DNA of 64,000 bases from Patescibacteria group bacterium (GTDB lineage: Bacteria; Patescibacteriota; Doudnabacteria; UBA920): contig DAIMCS010000003.1 of the NCBI GenBank assembly GCA_036726225.1, positions 9,769-73,768 of the forward strand. The letters are read 5' to 3'. Within the stretch, counting starts at the first letter, position 1. Every line of letters begins with the position of its first letter. Shown one piece after another: positions 54,409 through 62,873 of this stretch. The translations under genes and the position numbers were made by a program. Below the pieces are notes generated by a model. The model was not told the origin of the DNA. It saw nothing but the letters and a program-made list of their open reading frames with translations, and did no database searches.

Positions 54409-55241
54409 TTCATGACAAAAACAAAGTCTAAATTGTTAAAAGCAATGGGGCTGACTAACGCGGCTTTTTTGAACAGGTCGTTGCTGGACGAAAGGATGTC
54501 TTTTACTTCGCCAATTAAAATATTTTTTGGGATTTTGTCATTTATGCCGGCTGTAACCGCCAGCCAGCCTTTTTCCAGGCCCGAGGTTTGGGGAATTTGT
54601 TCTAAAATAAGGCCGGAGCCAAACGAACCTTTAACAATCCCCGCCTGTTCAGTTTGGCTTATGCGCGCGTCAACTGAAAAGCTGGAATTGGTAATTAGCA
54701 AGGCGGTGCTTGAGTCTTTGCCGACATAAACAATTTTGGCTACCAGGTAGCCCTGGGAGACTACGGCCTGGCCAATTTCAACTCCTGCATTGCTGCCACA
54801 ATTTAAAATTAAGGCTCCCCCCGAACCAAACGGGTCGTTGGAAAGCACGGTGCAGGGCGCAAGTGAATGCTTAGCGGTTTTAGCAAAGCCCAGTTCGTTC
54901 CTTAAAGCTTCGTTTTCCCTGGCCAGGTCGTTGGCTTCAACCAAATTTTGCTGCAACGAAATAACTTGTGCAGTTAGCCTGGTATTTTCCTGGGCAATTT
55001 TTCTAAGCTGGTAGAGGATAGAAAAAAAATTTTTAACAGGTGAGGCAGCGGTTTTAACCGTGGTAGTTAAGGAGCGGGGCATTTTTAAGGCCAGTTCGCG
55101 CACAGGATTTAGCCAACCCTTAGTTTGCATTAGCACAAAAACTGCCAGGAGCACAACCAGGAATGCAAAAACCGCAAAAGTTTTTGTATAAATAAAACGC
55201 ATATACGCTGATTTCTCGCGGATCCCGTACGCGAATGGCAC
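54405..55241 (-). CDS. mreC: rod shape-determining protein MreC
   Basis: N-terminal TM segment, coiled coil and a beta-rich C-terminus. Sits between mreB and mreD. Confidence 0.75.
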   Translation of the reverse strand: MPFAYGIREKSAYMRFIYTKTFAVFAFLVVLLAVFVLMQTKGWLNPVRELALKMPRSLTTTVKTAASPVKNFFSILYQLRKIAQENTRLTAQVISLQQNLVEANDLARENEALRNELGFAKTAKHSLAPCTVLSNDPFGSGGALILNCGSNAGVEIGQAVVSQGYLVAKIVYVGKDSSTALLITNSSFSVDARISQTEQAGIVKGSFGSGLILEQIPQTSGLEKGWLAVTAGINDKIPKNILIGEVKDILSSSNDLFKKAALVSPIAFNNLDFVFVMK

Positions 55242-55297
55242 GCAGATCCGCGTGAATTTCCGCGTTCTGCAGTTTTCATCCGCGTGAATTTCCGCGT

Positions 55298-56349
55298 TTA
55301 TCTCGGGATTTTGCCTAAGTCCGTAGGCACTAAAACATCTTTTAGAACTTCTAAATCTTCTACAACTACCCCTGCCCCGCGGGCAACGCAGGTAAGCGGG
55401 TCTTCGGCAATTACTATGGGCATTGCCGTGGCTTCGTGGACTAATTTGTCCAACCCCCTAAGCAGCGCTCCGCCCCCGGCCAGTACAATACCTTTGTACA
55501 TAATGTCAGAAATAAGTTCAGGCGGGATTTCTTCAATTACATTTTTTATGCTGTTAACAATCACCTTTAAGCTGTGCATTAAGGCTTCCCTTACCTGGGC
55601 GTCGGAGATGGTTACTTCTTTAGGCAGGCCGGAAACCAAATCCCTGCCTCTCATAGGCGCAAAGAGCTGCTGCGGCAAAGGATAGGCGCTGCCGATTTTA
55701 ATTTTTACTTCTTCGGCGGTCCTGTCGCCAAGCAGCAAATTAAAATTTTCACGGGCGTACTGGATAATGTTTTCGTTCATTTCATCCCCGGCTACGCGGA
55801 TGCTTTTGGAAATTACAATGCCGCCCAAAGAAATAACGGCAATTTCCGTAGTGCCTCCGCCTATGTCCACAATCATACTGCCCTGCGCGTCCTGCACATT
55901 TAGCCGACTACCAATTGCAGCAGCCATTGGTTCTTCTATTAAATACGCTTTGGCAGCGCCCGCATTTATGGCCGCATCCACCACGGCGCGCTTTTCAACC
56001 TCGGTAACGCCCGAAGGGATGCCAATTACCACTCGCGGGCGGCGTAAAAAAGTGTAGGTTTGGGAATGGACTTTGTCTATAAAATACCTAAGCATAGCTT
56101 CGGTAACCTCGAAATCGGAAATGACCCCGTCCACCAAAGGCCTGGTTGCAACAATATGCGGCGGTGTTCGGCCCACCATATTGCGGGCTTCAGTGCCAAT
56201 GGCAAGAATCTGTTTTGTCCTTTGGTTTACAGCCACAACACTGGGCTCGTTTATGACAATGCCTTTGCCTTTAACGTAAACCAGTGTGTTAGCCGTGCCA
56301 AGGTCAATGCCAATGTCTTTGGAGAACCTTTTGTAAATTCTTTCTAGCA
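55298..56349 (-). CDS. mreB: rod shape-determining protein MreB (probable TTG start)
   Basis: DIGIDLGTANTLVYVKGKGIV actin-like ATPase motifs. The upstream ATG in the ORF track gives an implausible MFCHFIFCLRKNK extension. Confidence 0.85.
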
Positions 56350-56429
56350 ATTTGTTCTTTCTTAAGCAAAAAATAAAATGACAAAACAAACAGTAAGGTT
56401 GTTATGTCATTTTATTTTAAGTTTTGATT

Positions 56430-57656
56430 TTACTTTAAAACTTTTTCAACCTCATCTAATTTGACTAATTTAGCCTCGCTTTGGTCGCGATGCTTTACTT
56501 CCACCGAATGCTTTTGTACTGTCTTCGAAGATGTTACTAACCTGACCGGTATGCCAATTAGGTCGGAGTCCGCAAATTTTTCCCCTGCGCTTGCATCCCT
56601 GTCATCATATAATACCTCAATCCCCTCTTTTAACAAAGTTTTGTAAACTTTTTCAGCTTCTATTTCCCCGCCTTTTAAGGCAATTAGGTGGACATTGAAT
56701 GGCGCAACGCTTTTTGGCCATATTATGCCTTTTTCGTCGTTAAATTTTTCAACAATTACACCCATAAGTCTGGAAGTGCCTATGCCATAGCAGCCCATAA
56801 GTACAGGTTTTTTGCTGCCCTGGTTGTCGGTATAAACCAAATTAAACGGGGCTGAATATTTATCTTGAAGTTTGAAGATATTGCCGACTTCTGAAGCTTT
56901 GGCTTCTTTCCATTTAGTTTTTCCGCAGTTTGAACACTCCGCCCCTTCTTGGTAAATTTCTTTGTTTTTCCCCAGACCGCATTTTTCGCAAATGTAAATG
57001 GTGTCTTCGCCGTTTTCAATTTCTACCTGGAACTCGTGGGAGAATTTTGAAAAAGTGCCGCCGCTTGCCTCTGTGTAAACCGCGTCTAATCCGAGACGCT
57101 TGAAAATTTTTGCGTAAGCCGGGGCTGCCACATTGTTGTAATAATTTTCTAAATCTTCCGCCGTTGTGTGGAAGCTGTACAAGTCTTTCATCCTAAATTC
57201 ACGTCCGCGCAAAAGTCCGCTTTTTGCCCTGGGTTCGTCCCTAAATTTGGTTTGGATTTGATATACGGCCAAAGGTAAGTCTTTGTAGGAATTGATTACA
57301 GAAAGCGCCATTGGGGTGACAATTTCTTCGTGCGTTGGGCCAAGAGCGTATTCGTTGCCGTGCTTGGATTTTACCTGAAACAAAACGTCCAAGCCATGCC
57401 AGCGGCCGGTTTTGAGCCAGTTTTCTTTTGGATGCAGGCTTGGCATAAAAATTTCCTGCCCGCCAATTGCGTCCATTTCTTCTCTGACTATTTTTTCAAT
57501 CTTTTTTAGCACACGGTCGCCAAGTGGTAGATAGCTATACACGCCTGCCATGGCTTTTTGCACAAAACCGCCCTGCTCTAAAAGGCGGGCGTTTATTGAA
57601 ACGTCTTCGGAGGGTTTTGTTTTAGTGGTTTTTAAAAAATATTGTGATTGTTTCAT
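56430..57656 (-). CDS. proS: prolyl-tRNA synthetase (short form lacking the editing insertion, with a Cys4 zinc-binding motif)
   Basis: MKQSQYFLKTTKTKPSEDVSINARLLEQGGFV...; class II motifs; C-terminal anticodon-binding domain. Confidence 0.75.
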   Translation of the reverse strand: MKQSQYFLKTTKTKPSEDVSINARLLEQGGFVQKAMAGVYSYLPLGDRVLKKIEKIVREEMDAIGGQEIFMPSLHPKENWLKTGRWHGLDVLFQVKSKHGNEYALGPTHEEIVTPMALSVINSYKDLPLAVYQIQTKFRDEPRAKSGLLRGREFRMKDLYSFHTTAEDLENYYNNVAAPAYAKIFKRLGLDAVYTEASGGTFSKFSHEFQVEIENGEDTIYICEKCGLGKNKEIYQEGAECSNCGKTKWKEAKASEVGNIFKLQDKYSAPFNLVYTDNQGSKKPVLMGCYGIGTSRLMGVIVEKFNDEKGIIWPKSVAPFNVHLIALKGGEIEAEKVYKTLLKEGIEVLYDDRDASAGEKFADSDLIGIPVRLVTSSKTVQKHSVEVKHRDQSEAKLVKLDEVEKVLK

Positions 57657-57665
57657 TGGGGTTGG

Positions 57666-58067
57666 TTATTGGGTGGGTGGAAGATCTAGAGTGCGCAGGT
57701 AGTCAGGTTCCGCTGATTTTATTCCTGGCATGCCTTTGAGATAATCCACCCCGTTCAAAATTGATTCTGCATCACATTTGCCCGGAAGGTTTATCTGAAA
57801 AGCATGGATCTGTGGTATTGTCCTCCCAATTGTAGCATTTAAATGGTTTGCGTAGGTTTCTATTGTAGTTTTATCAGTTTCAGGTTTAGCTACCAAGCTG
57901 ATTGTGTTACATGCCATTAGTGCACCGGTTTTTGGATGTTTAACCCCGGACGTATAATGCGATGAAGGGCTATTTTTTCCTTCGAAAGGTTTAAAATACA
58001 AAAGACCAGCTGACAATAATCCGAGAACGAAAAGAAAAGCAATTAGTATTTTAATTTTTTTGGACAT
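57666..58067 (-). CDS. secreted protein with a peptidase-inhibitor I9 (subtilisin propeptide-like) fold
   Basis: Signal anchor, then ...TIETYANHLNATIGRTIPQIHAFQINLPG...GVDYLKGMPGIKSAEPDYLRTLD. Confidence 0.35.
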   Translation of the reverse strand: MSKKIKILIAFLFVLGLLSAGLLYFKPFEGKNSPSSHYTSGVKHPKTGALMACNTISLVAKPETDKTTIETYANHLNATIGRTIPQIHAFQINLPGKCDAESILNGVDYLKGMPGIKSAEPDYLRTLDLPPTQ

Positions 58068-58068
58068 T

Positions 58069-59034
58069 TTATTTAATAAGTTTCTTCCACCAAGATTCGT
58101 TTGCTTTATACCATTCTACCATGTCTTTGAGTGTGGAATCCAGGTTAGTTTTAGGCTGCCAGCCAAGTTCTTTGGTGATTTTACTATGGTCCATAGCGTA
58201 GCGCTGGTCGTGGCCCGGGCGGTCGTCTACAAATTCTATTTGATCTTCAGATTTTCCCATCAACCGTACTAATTTTTTAACAACTTCCAAATTGGTAAGC
58301 TCTTCGTTGTCGGGCGATACAAAATAGGTCTCCCCTTCCCTGCCTTTTTGTAAAATCAAATCAATCGCCGCGCAGTGGTCTTCCACATTAAGCCATTCTC
58401 TAACCTGATTCCCTGGTTTATAAATTGGTACTTTTTTGCCTTCAAGTAAGTTAGTAATCGCCAAAGGAATTAATTTTTCCGGAAACATATAGGGCCCGAT
58501 GTTGTTGGCGCAATTGCTTATAGTGACGGGTAAATTGTAAGTATTATAGTAAGCTCTTACAAGATGGTCGGATGCTGCTTTGGAAGCAGAATAGGGTGAG
58601 CGTGGGTTGTAAGGAATTTTTTCATTCCATTTTTCTTTTGAATCCAGAGGCAAGCTGCCAAACACTTCGTCAGTAGAAATATGGTGGAATCTTTTAACAC
58701 TATGTTTTTTTGCCGCTTCCAGTAAAACCTGCGTGCCTAAAACATTTGTTTTAACAAAAATGTCCGGTTCTAAAATTGAACGGTCTACGTGGCTTTCGGC
58801 GGCAAAGTGCACGACAACATCTGCTCCGGCCATTGCTTCATTAACTATTTTAGAATCACAAATATCACCTTTTATAAATTTAATTTTATTTTCAACTGAC
58901 TTCAGATTTTCTATATTTCCGGCGTAAGTTAGTTTATCCAATACTATAATTTCATCATTAGGATGATTTTTAACCCAATAATCCACAAAGTTCGAGCCTA
59001 TGAAACCTGCGCCGCCTGTAACGAGTAATCGCAT
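58069..59034 (-). CDS. rfbB: dTDP-glucose 4,6-dehydratase
   Basis: MRLLVTGGAGFIGSNFV Rossmann fold and the YSASKAASD catalytic motif. Confidence 0.85.
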   Translation of the reverse strand: MRLLVTGGAGFIGSNFVDYWVKNHPNDEIIVLDKLTYAGNIENLKSVENKIKFIKGDICDSKIVNEAMAGADVVVHFAAESHVDRSILEPDIFVKTNVLGTQVLLEAAKKHSVKRFHHISTDEVFGSLPLDSKEKWNEKIPYNPRSPYSASKAASDHLVRAYYNTYNLPVTISNCANNIGPYMFPEKLIPLAITNLLEGKKVPIYKPGNQVREWLNVEDHCAAIDLILQKGREGETYFVSPDNEELTNLEVVKKLVRLMGKSEDQIEFVDDRPGHDQRYAMDHSKITKELGWQPKTNLDSTLKDMVEWYKANESWWKKLIK

Positions 59035-60116
59035 TATTTTAATTCCCCTACCTTGATTGTTAAGTTTAATTCAGGACCGCGCCACTGCCCGCCCCGAATA
59101 ATTCCAACAGATACCTCATCTCCCGGTTTATATTTCTCCAAAGCTTCTTCCAGACTTGAATTTTCGTCAACTCTAGTACCTCCCACTGAACCTATGGTAT
59201 CGCCTGCCCGCAAATCGCCTTTTGCCGCGGCAGAACCCTCGCTTACACTCAAAACTTTAGCCCCCTCTATTGTAGTCGGACTTAAAACGGACTCATTTGA
59301 AGTTACAATCCTGTAAGTAAAACCAAAACTCGGCCTTACTATTTTTTGGTTGTTATCAAAGTATAAAGTGATGGCTTTTTTTAATACGTCAGACGATATA
59401 ATTTCTGTACCGTTCCATATTCCGACAACTTCGCCGTCCATATTTACGACGGCTTGTCCGCTTATTAAAGGCCCTTGGGCCTGAGCCCAAAACCCTCTTC
59501 TTGGCAGGTCGCTTTTAAACTGCGAAGAACTAATATCTTTTTGTGATGAACCGACAAAACTGACAAGTATTTTTATTAGAGAGTCTTGTAAGCTCTTTTG
59601 AGCAAAAATAACTTTATCACCGGCAGATAAATCCCCTGAGGCAGTAATTGAGGCCGTGGGCACGTTACTTATATCTGCTTTAAAAAAGACTAGGTTGGTT
59701 GCGGGGTCAGTTGCCATCTCTGTTATTCCAGCTTTGCGTCCGTCATCGAGCAAAACAGCATAGCTCCACAAGTCAGAGGAAAGAATAGCGCTGCCTGTAA
59801 CAAAAGTGCCATCTGAAGTTAAATTTATTGCCGTTCCTACGACGGAGAGAGAATTATTTTCAACATCAACTTGAACTAAAGCACTCAATTTAGATTTTAC
59901 GGAATTGACGGCCAACAAAACATCGCCCGCGTCGCTAACCCTTACCGTTTCCCTGTTGGTAATTACAATGGGAGCCTGCGGGCTTAAAATTTTAAGCCTG
60001 TTTAAAAGCGGCCAGGTGGAAATTTTAGCAACAATAATTTTGCCGGGGAAAATATTTAAAATTAAACTTAAGGCAACGGAAACAATTATTATAATTGCGA
60101 CGTGGTTTTTTTTCAT
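59034..60116 (-). CDS. HtrA-like trypsin-fold protein with a C-terminal PDZ domain, catalytic Ser and His apparently not conserved
   Basis: AQAQGPLISGQAVVNMDGEVVGI aligns to GNSGGPLVNxxGEVIGI with Ser replaced by Ala. PDZ region: GDLRAGDTIGSVGG... Confidence 0.45.
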   Translation of the reverse strand: MKKNHVAIIIIVSVALSLILNIFPGKIIVAKISTWPLLNRLKILSPQAPIVITNRETVRVSDAGDVLLAVNSVKSKLSALVQVDVENNSLSVVGTAINLTSDGTFVTGSAILSSDLWSYAVLLDDGRKAGITEMATDPATNLVFFKADISNVPTASITASGDLSAGDKVIFAQKSLQDSLIKILVSFVGSSQKDISSSQFKSDLPRRGFWAQAQGPLISGQAVVNMDGEVVGIWNGTEIISSDVLKKAITLYFDNNQKIVRPSFGFTYRIVTSNESVLSPTTIEGAKVLSVSEGSAAAKGDLRAGDTIGSVGGTRVDENSSLEEALEKYKPGDEVSVGIIRGGQWRGPELNLTIKVGELK

Positions 60117-60119
60117 AGG

Positions 60120-60878
60120 TTAAGAAATTATTTTCCAGGGGGTAACTAACAACACGGCGAGGCTGGTTGCCGCAATCAGGACCAAATGGAACTGGATTTT
60201 TTTAAGGTTAAGAATATGGAAAAGGTGGTAGTAATTTAAAATTAAACAAAAATAAAAGAAATTAAACAAAAACAGGCTTAAAGCGCTGAAGTGAAAAGGT
60301 AAAAAATTAAAAACCCAAAAGATTTGAGCGCAAAAAAGGCCAATAATTATTGCGCCTACCATTTTTACCCGGTTGCTCTGCGGGATAGATTCGTAAAAGC
60401 TCCTGGTAAGCAGGGCGGAAGCAAAGAAGACCGAGACTAAAAAAACCGGGCCGTAAGTAGGCAGGTAATGGTTGGCGGCAAACAGAGTCATAAAAACCCC
60501 AAAAGCAGTTAATAAAGTTTGGTTTAGCAGTAAATTCTCCGCTTGTTTGCCTAAAATTATTTCACAGGCAGTAATTATTAAAACCGAGAAAATTAAAAAC
60601 AATCCCCTAAGGCCGTCGGAAGGAATTACTAAAAACATACCGAAGGCAGCGCAGAGCAGGAAAAAGGGGCGTAAAATTGCCCAAAGATTATATTGGCCGG
60701 TTTGTTTTAAGTACCAGCGGTTATAATAGGTAACCACTCCCGCGTAAACTAAAAACGCCGGTAAAAGAAAACGGAACACGGGCGCAGGGTCTGCAAACTT
60801 TTGGACAACTATTATAAACAGGAGTCCAATGCAAAGGGAAATGAGCTTATGATTTCTTAGCATACTTTGTAGAAACAA
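60120..60878 (-). CDS. hypothetical polytopic membrane protein
   Basis: 252 aa with eight or more hydrophobic segments. Confidence 0.45.
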   Translation of the reverse strand: MFLQSMLRNHKLISLCIGLLFIIVVQKFADPAPVFRFLLPAFLVYAGVVTYYNRWYLKQTGQYNLWAILRPFFLLCAAFGMFLVIPSDGLRGLFLIFSVLIITACEIILGKQAENLLLNQTLLTAFGVFMTLFAANHYLPTYGPVFLVSVFFASALLTRSFYESIPQSNRVKMVGAIIIGLFCAQIFWVFNFLPFHFSALSLFLFNFFYFCLILNYYHLFHILNLKKIQFHLVLIAATSLAVLLVTPWKIIS

Positions 60879-61689
60879 AAAAACTAACCGCGGCCAGTAT
60901 TAAAATTAAGCTGACAATGGCGCTTAAACGGAATTGCCCAACCAACGTGTTGTCAATTCTTAAGAACTCAAGGCCAAATCTCAAAACATTATACAATAAA
61001 AGGTAGGAAAAGAAAAGCGAGCCGGTTTTGGCTTTAGGGTATTTTAAAAGCAAAATAAAAATAACTAAATTGCCAAAAGCTTCGTATAAAAACCAGGGAT
61101 GGAAAAAAGTAAATTCAGAGAAAGCAACGGGCCTAAATTCAACGGGAACAAACATTTTCCAGGGTAGGTCGGTTGGATAACCAAAAGCTTCGTAATTAAA
61201 CATATTGCCAAAGCGGCCAATAATTTGGCCCAAAATAAGTGAGGGGGCGAGCCAATCTAGCAAGCGTAAAGCGCTGAGCGTGTAGCGGGCAGAAAAAAAC
61301 AGAACTGCACTTAAGCCTCCGATGATTGCGCCGTAAATTGCCAATCCCCCGTTCCAAATTTTTATTATCTCGCCGGGGTTTTCTGCATAGTAATCGAACG
61401 CTGAAAATATATGGTAAATCCTTGCTCCCAAAAATCCACCTATAATAATCCAAAAAATTAAATCTTCCGCGGTTTTCTTTTCAATTCCAAACATAGCAGC
61501 GCGGTTTGTGGCCAAATAAAAACCCGCAGCAACAGCCGCGGCCATAATTATTCCGTAGTAATGAATTGTAATAGGTCCAAGATGAAGGACTTGCGGTAAA
61601 ATCAGCTTACCCAAAAACACATAGCAAAGAAAAAATAACAATGCTGTAAGAGACAAAACTGCAATAACTTTCCCCCATACTTTATACAT
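60847..61689 (-). CDS. lgt: prolipoprotein diacylglyceryl transferase
   Basis: GPITIHYYGIIMAAAVAAGFYLA...GARIYHI...GGLAIYGAIIGG matches Lgt signatures. Confidence 0.75.
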   Translation of the reverse strand: MYKVWGKVIAVLSLTALLFFLCYVFLGKLILPQVLHLGPITIHYYGIIMAAAVAAGFYLATNRAAMFGIEKKTAEDLIFWIIIGGFLGARIYHIFSAFDYYAENPGEIIKIWNGGLAIYGAIIGGLSAVLFFSARYTLSALRLLDWLAPSLILGQIIGRFGNMFNYEAFGYPTDLPWKMFVPVEFRPVAFSEFTFFHPWFLYEAFGNLVIFILLLKYPKAKTGSLFFSYLLLYNVLRFGLEFLRIDNTLVGQFRLSAIVSLILILAAVSFFVSTKYAKKS

Positions 61690-61701
61690 AAAACCAAAAT
61701 A

Positions 61702-62280
61702 TTAAAATAATGCTGCCTGATGTTGCACACCCACCCTTGGCACGGCTTCTAAAATTTTAAGCGCAATTTCCTTGGTCTTAAAAAAGTCTTTGTACAAGAC
61801 CTTTTGGTTGCGAAGCGCGTAATCGTAAATTTGTTTGGTAATTTTTACGTCATCCAAACAATATTTTTTCAGCAAATCCATCCGCCCGTTGTTGTAATAC
61901 AAAATTGCCTCAAGGCCGCTGCCCGTTTTGCCGCTGCCGAGTGTACCTTGCGCGACCAGGTCAAGCTTAATGCGGTGTTGTAAAACTTTTTCAATTTCCT
62001 GTAGGAGGTCCAAATACGGAGTTTGGTGAATGTCAAAATTTAAATACGGTTTTAAAACCTCAAAGTCAAAATCTTTTATGTTGTAACCAATAATTTGGTC
62101 TGCCGTCTGAAGCATTGGCGAGAGTTTGGGCAGCTCGTGTTCTTCGAAAATTTGATAGCGGTCGGTTGTGTAGTCGTAAATCCCGCAAACGCTAATTTTG
62201 AGTAAATGATTTTTACCTCTTCCGCCTACGTCCTGGAAAGATTTTTGAGTTTCTAAATCTAAAACAATTTTTTTCAACAT
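61702..62280 (-). CDS. DEDDy-type 3'-5' exonuclease (RNase H-like fold)
   Basis: LDLETQ (Exo I), GYNIKDFDFEVL (Exo II) and YCLDDVKITKQIY (Exo III, Y-type). Confidence 0.6.
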   Translation of the reverse strand: MLKKIVLDLETQKSFQDVGGRGKNHLLKISVCGIYDYTTDRYQIFEEHELPKLSPMLQTADQIIGYNIKDFDFEVLKPYLNFDIHQTPYLDLLQEIEKVLQHRIKLDLVAQGTLGSGKTGSGLEAILYYNNGRMDLLKKYCLDDVKITKQIYDYALRNQKVLYKDFFKTKEIALKILEAVPRVGVQHQAALF

Positions 62281-62575
62281 TTTTATTTTCTTTAAGTGGC
62301 GTCATCCTGAGCGTAGCGAAGGATCTTTTTTTGAGATGCTTCACTTCGTTCAGCATGACGCCGATATTTGTAGTATATAAAATTTTTCCTAAAAAGACAA
62401 AATAAAACCCTCTCTGTCAAGCTCAGAGAGGGATCCGTGTCGACCCGCCAAAGCGGCGCCGATTTGCTTCCAAGAAAAAAATAATTTTTTGCAAAAGAAG
62501 AAGCCCCGTCCTAAGCTACGGGGCTCTTTTGGTCATCCGCGCCTTGTTTTTTACACTGCTTAGGAAGCGGCTTTA

Positions 62576-62675
62576 ATCCGGTGGATTCATTCAAACCTCC
62601 TCGGGCTTGCTTTGCCCGAAATGGCGTAAAAAATCGGCCGTGTGAGTAAAAGACTCTTAATCCGGTGGATTCATA
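62576..62675 (+). promoter_or_regulatory. two copies of an 18-nt imperfect palindrome TTAATCCGGTGGATTCAT (62576..62593 and 62658..62675) upstream of aspS, operator-like
   Basis: AATCC-GGT-GGATT inverted-repeat core. The copies are 82 bp apart. Confidence 0.4.
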
Positions 62676-62873
62676 GTGCCCTTTTGTGGCGGGTACTTAC
62701 ACCCAGATTACTGCACTCAGTTGCTTCATATGCCCTCCTTGGTCACTCCTTAGACCCTCTTATAGATTGGGTCTTAGGAATATTATACAAATTTGCCGTT
62801 TAAGTCAAGGCTTGTTATAATAAATTAAATTAATTTCCCTGCCGATTGTTTATCGGATTTAGGGATAACACAT

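Noticed and set aside
56349-56389. Upstream ATG start for mreB (MFCHFIFCLRKNK... extension)
   Set aside because: The extension is implausible and not conserved in MreB. A TTG at 56349 is preceded by a GAAAG ribosome-binding-like site and gives a canonical N-terminus.
62560-62700. T-box riboswitch upstream of aspS
   Set aside because: The GGTGG-containing 18-mer occurs twice and lacks the ACCGCG part of the T-box. No specifier stem or antiterminator arrangement is evident.
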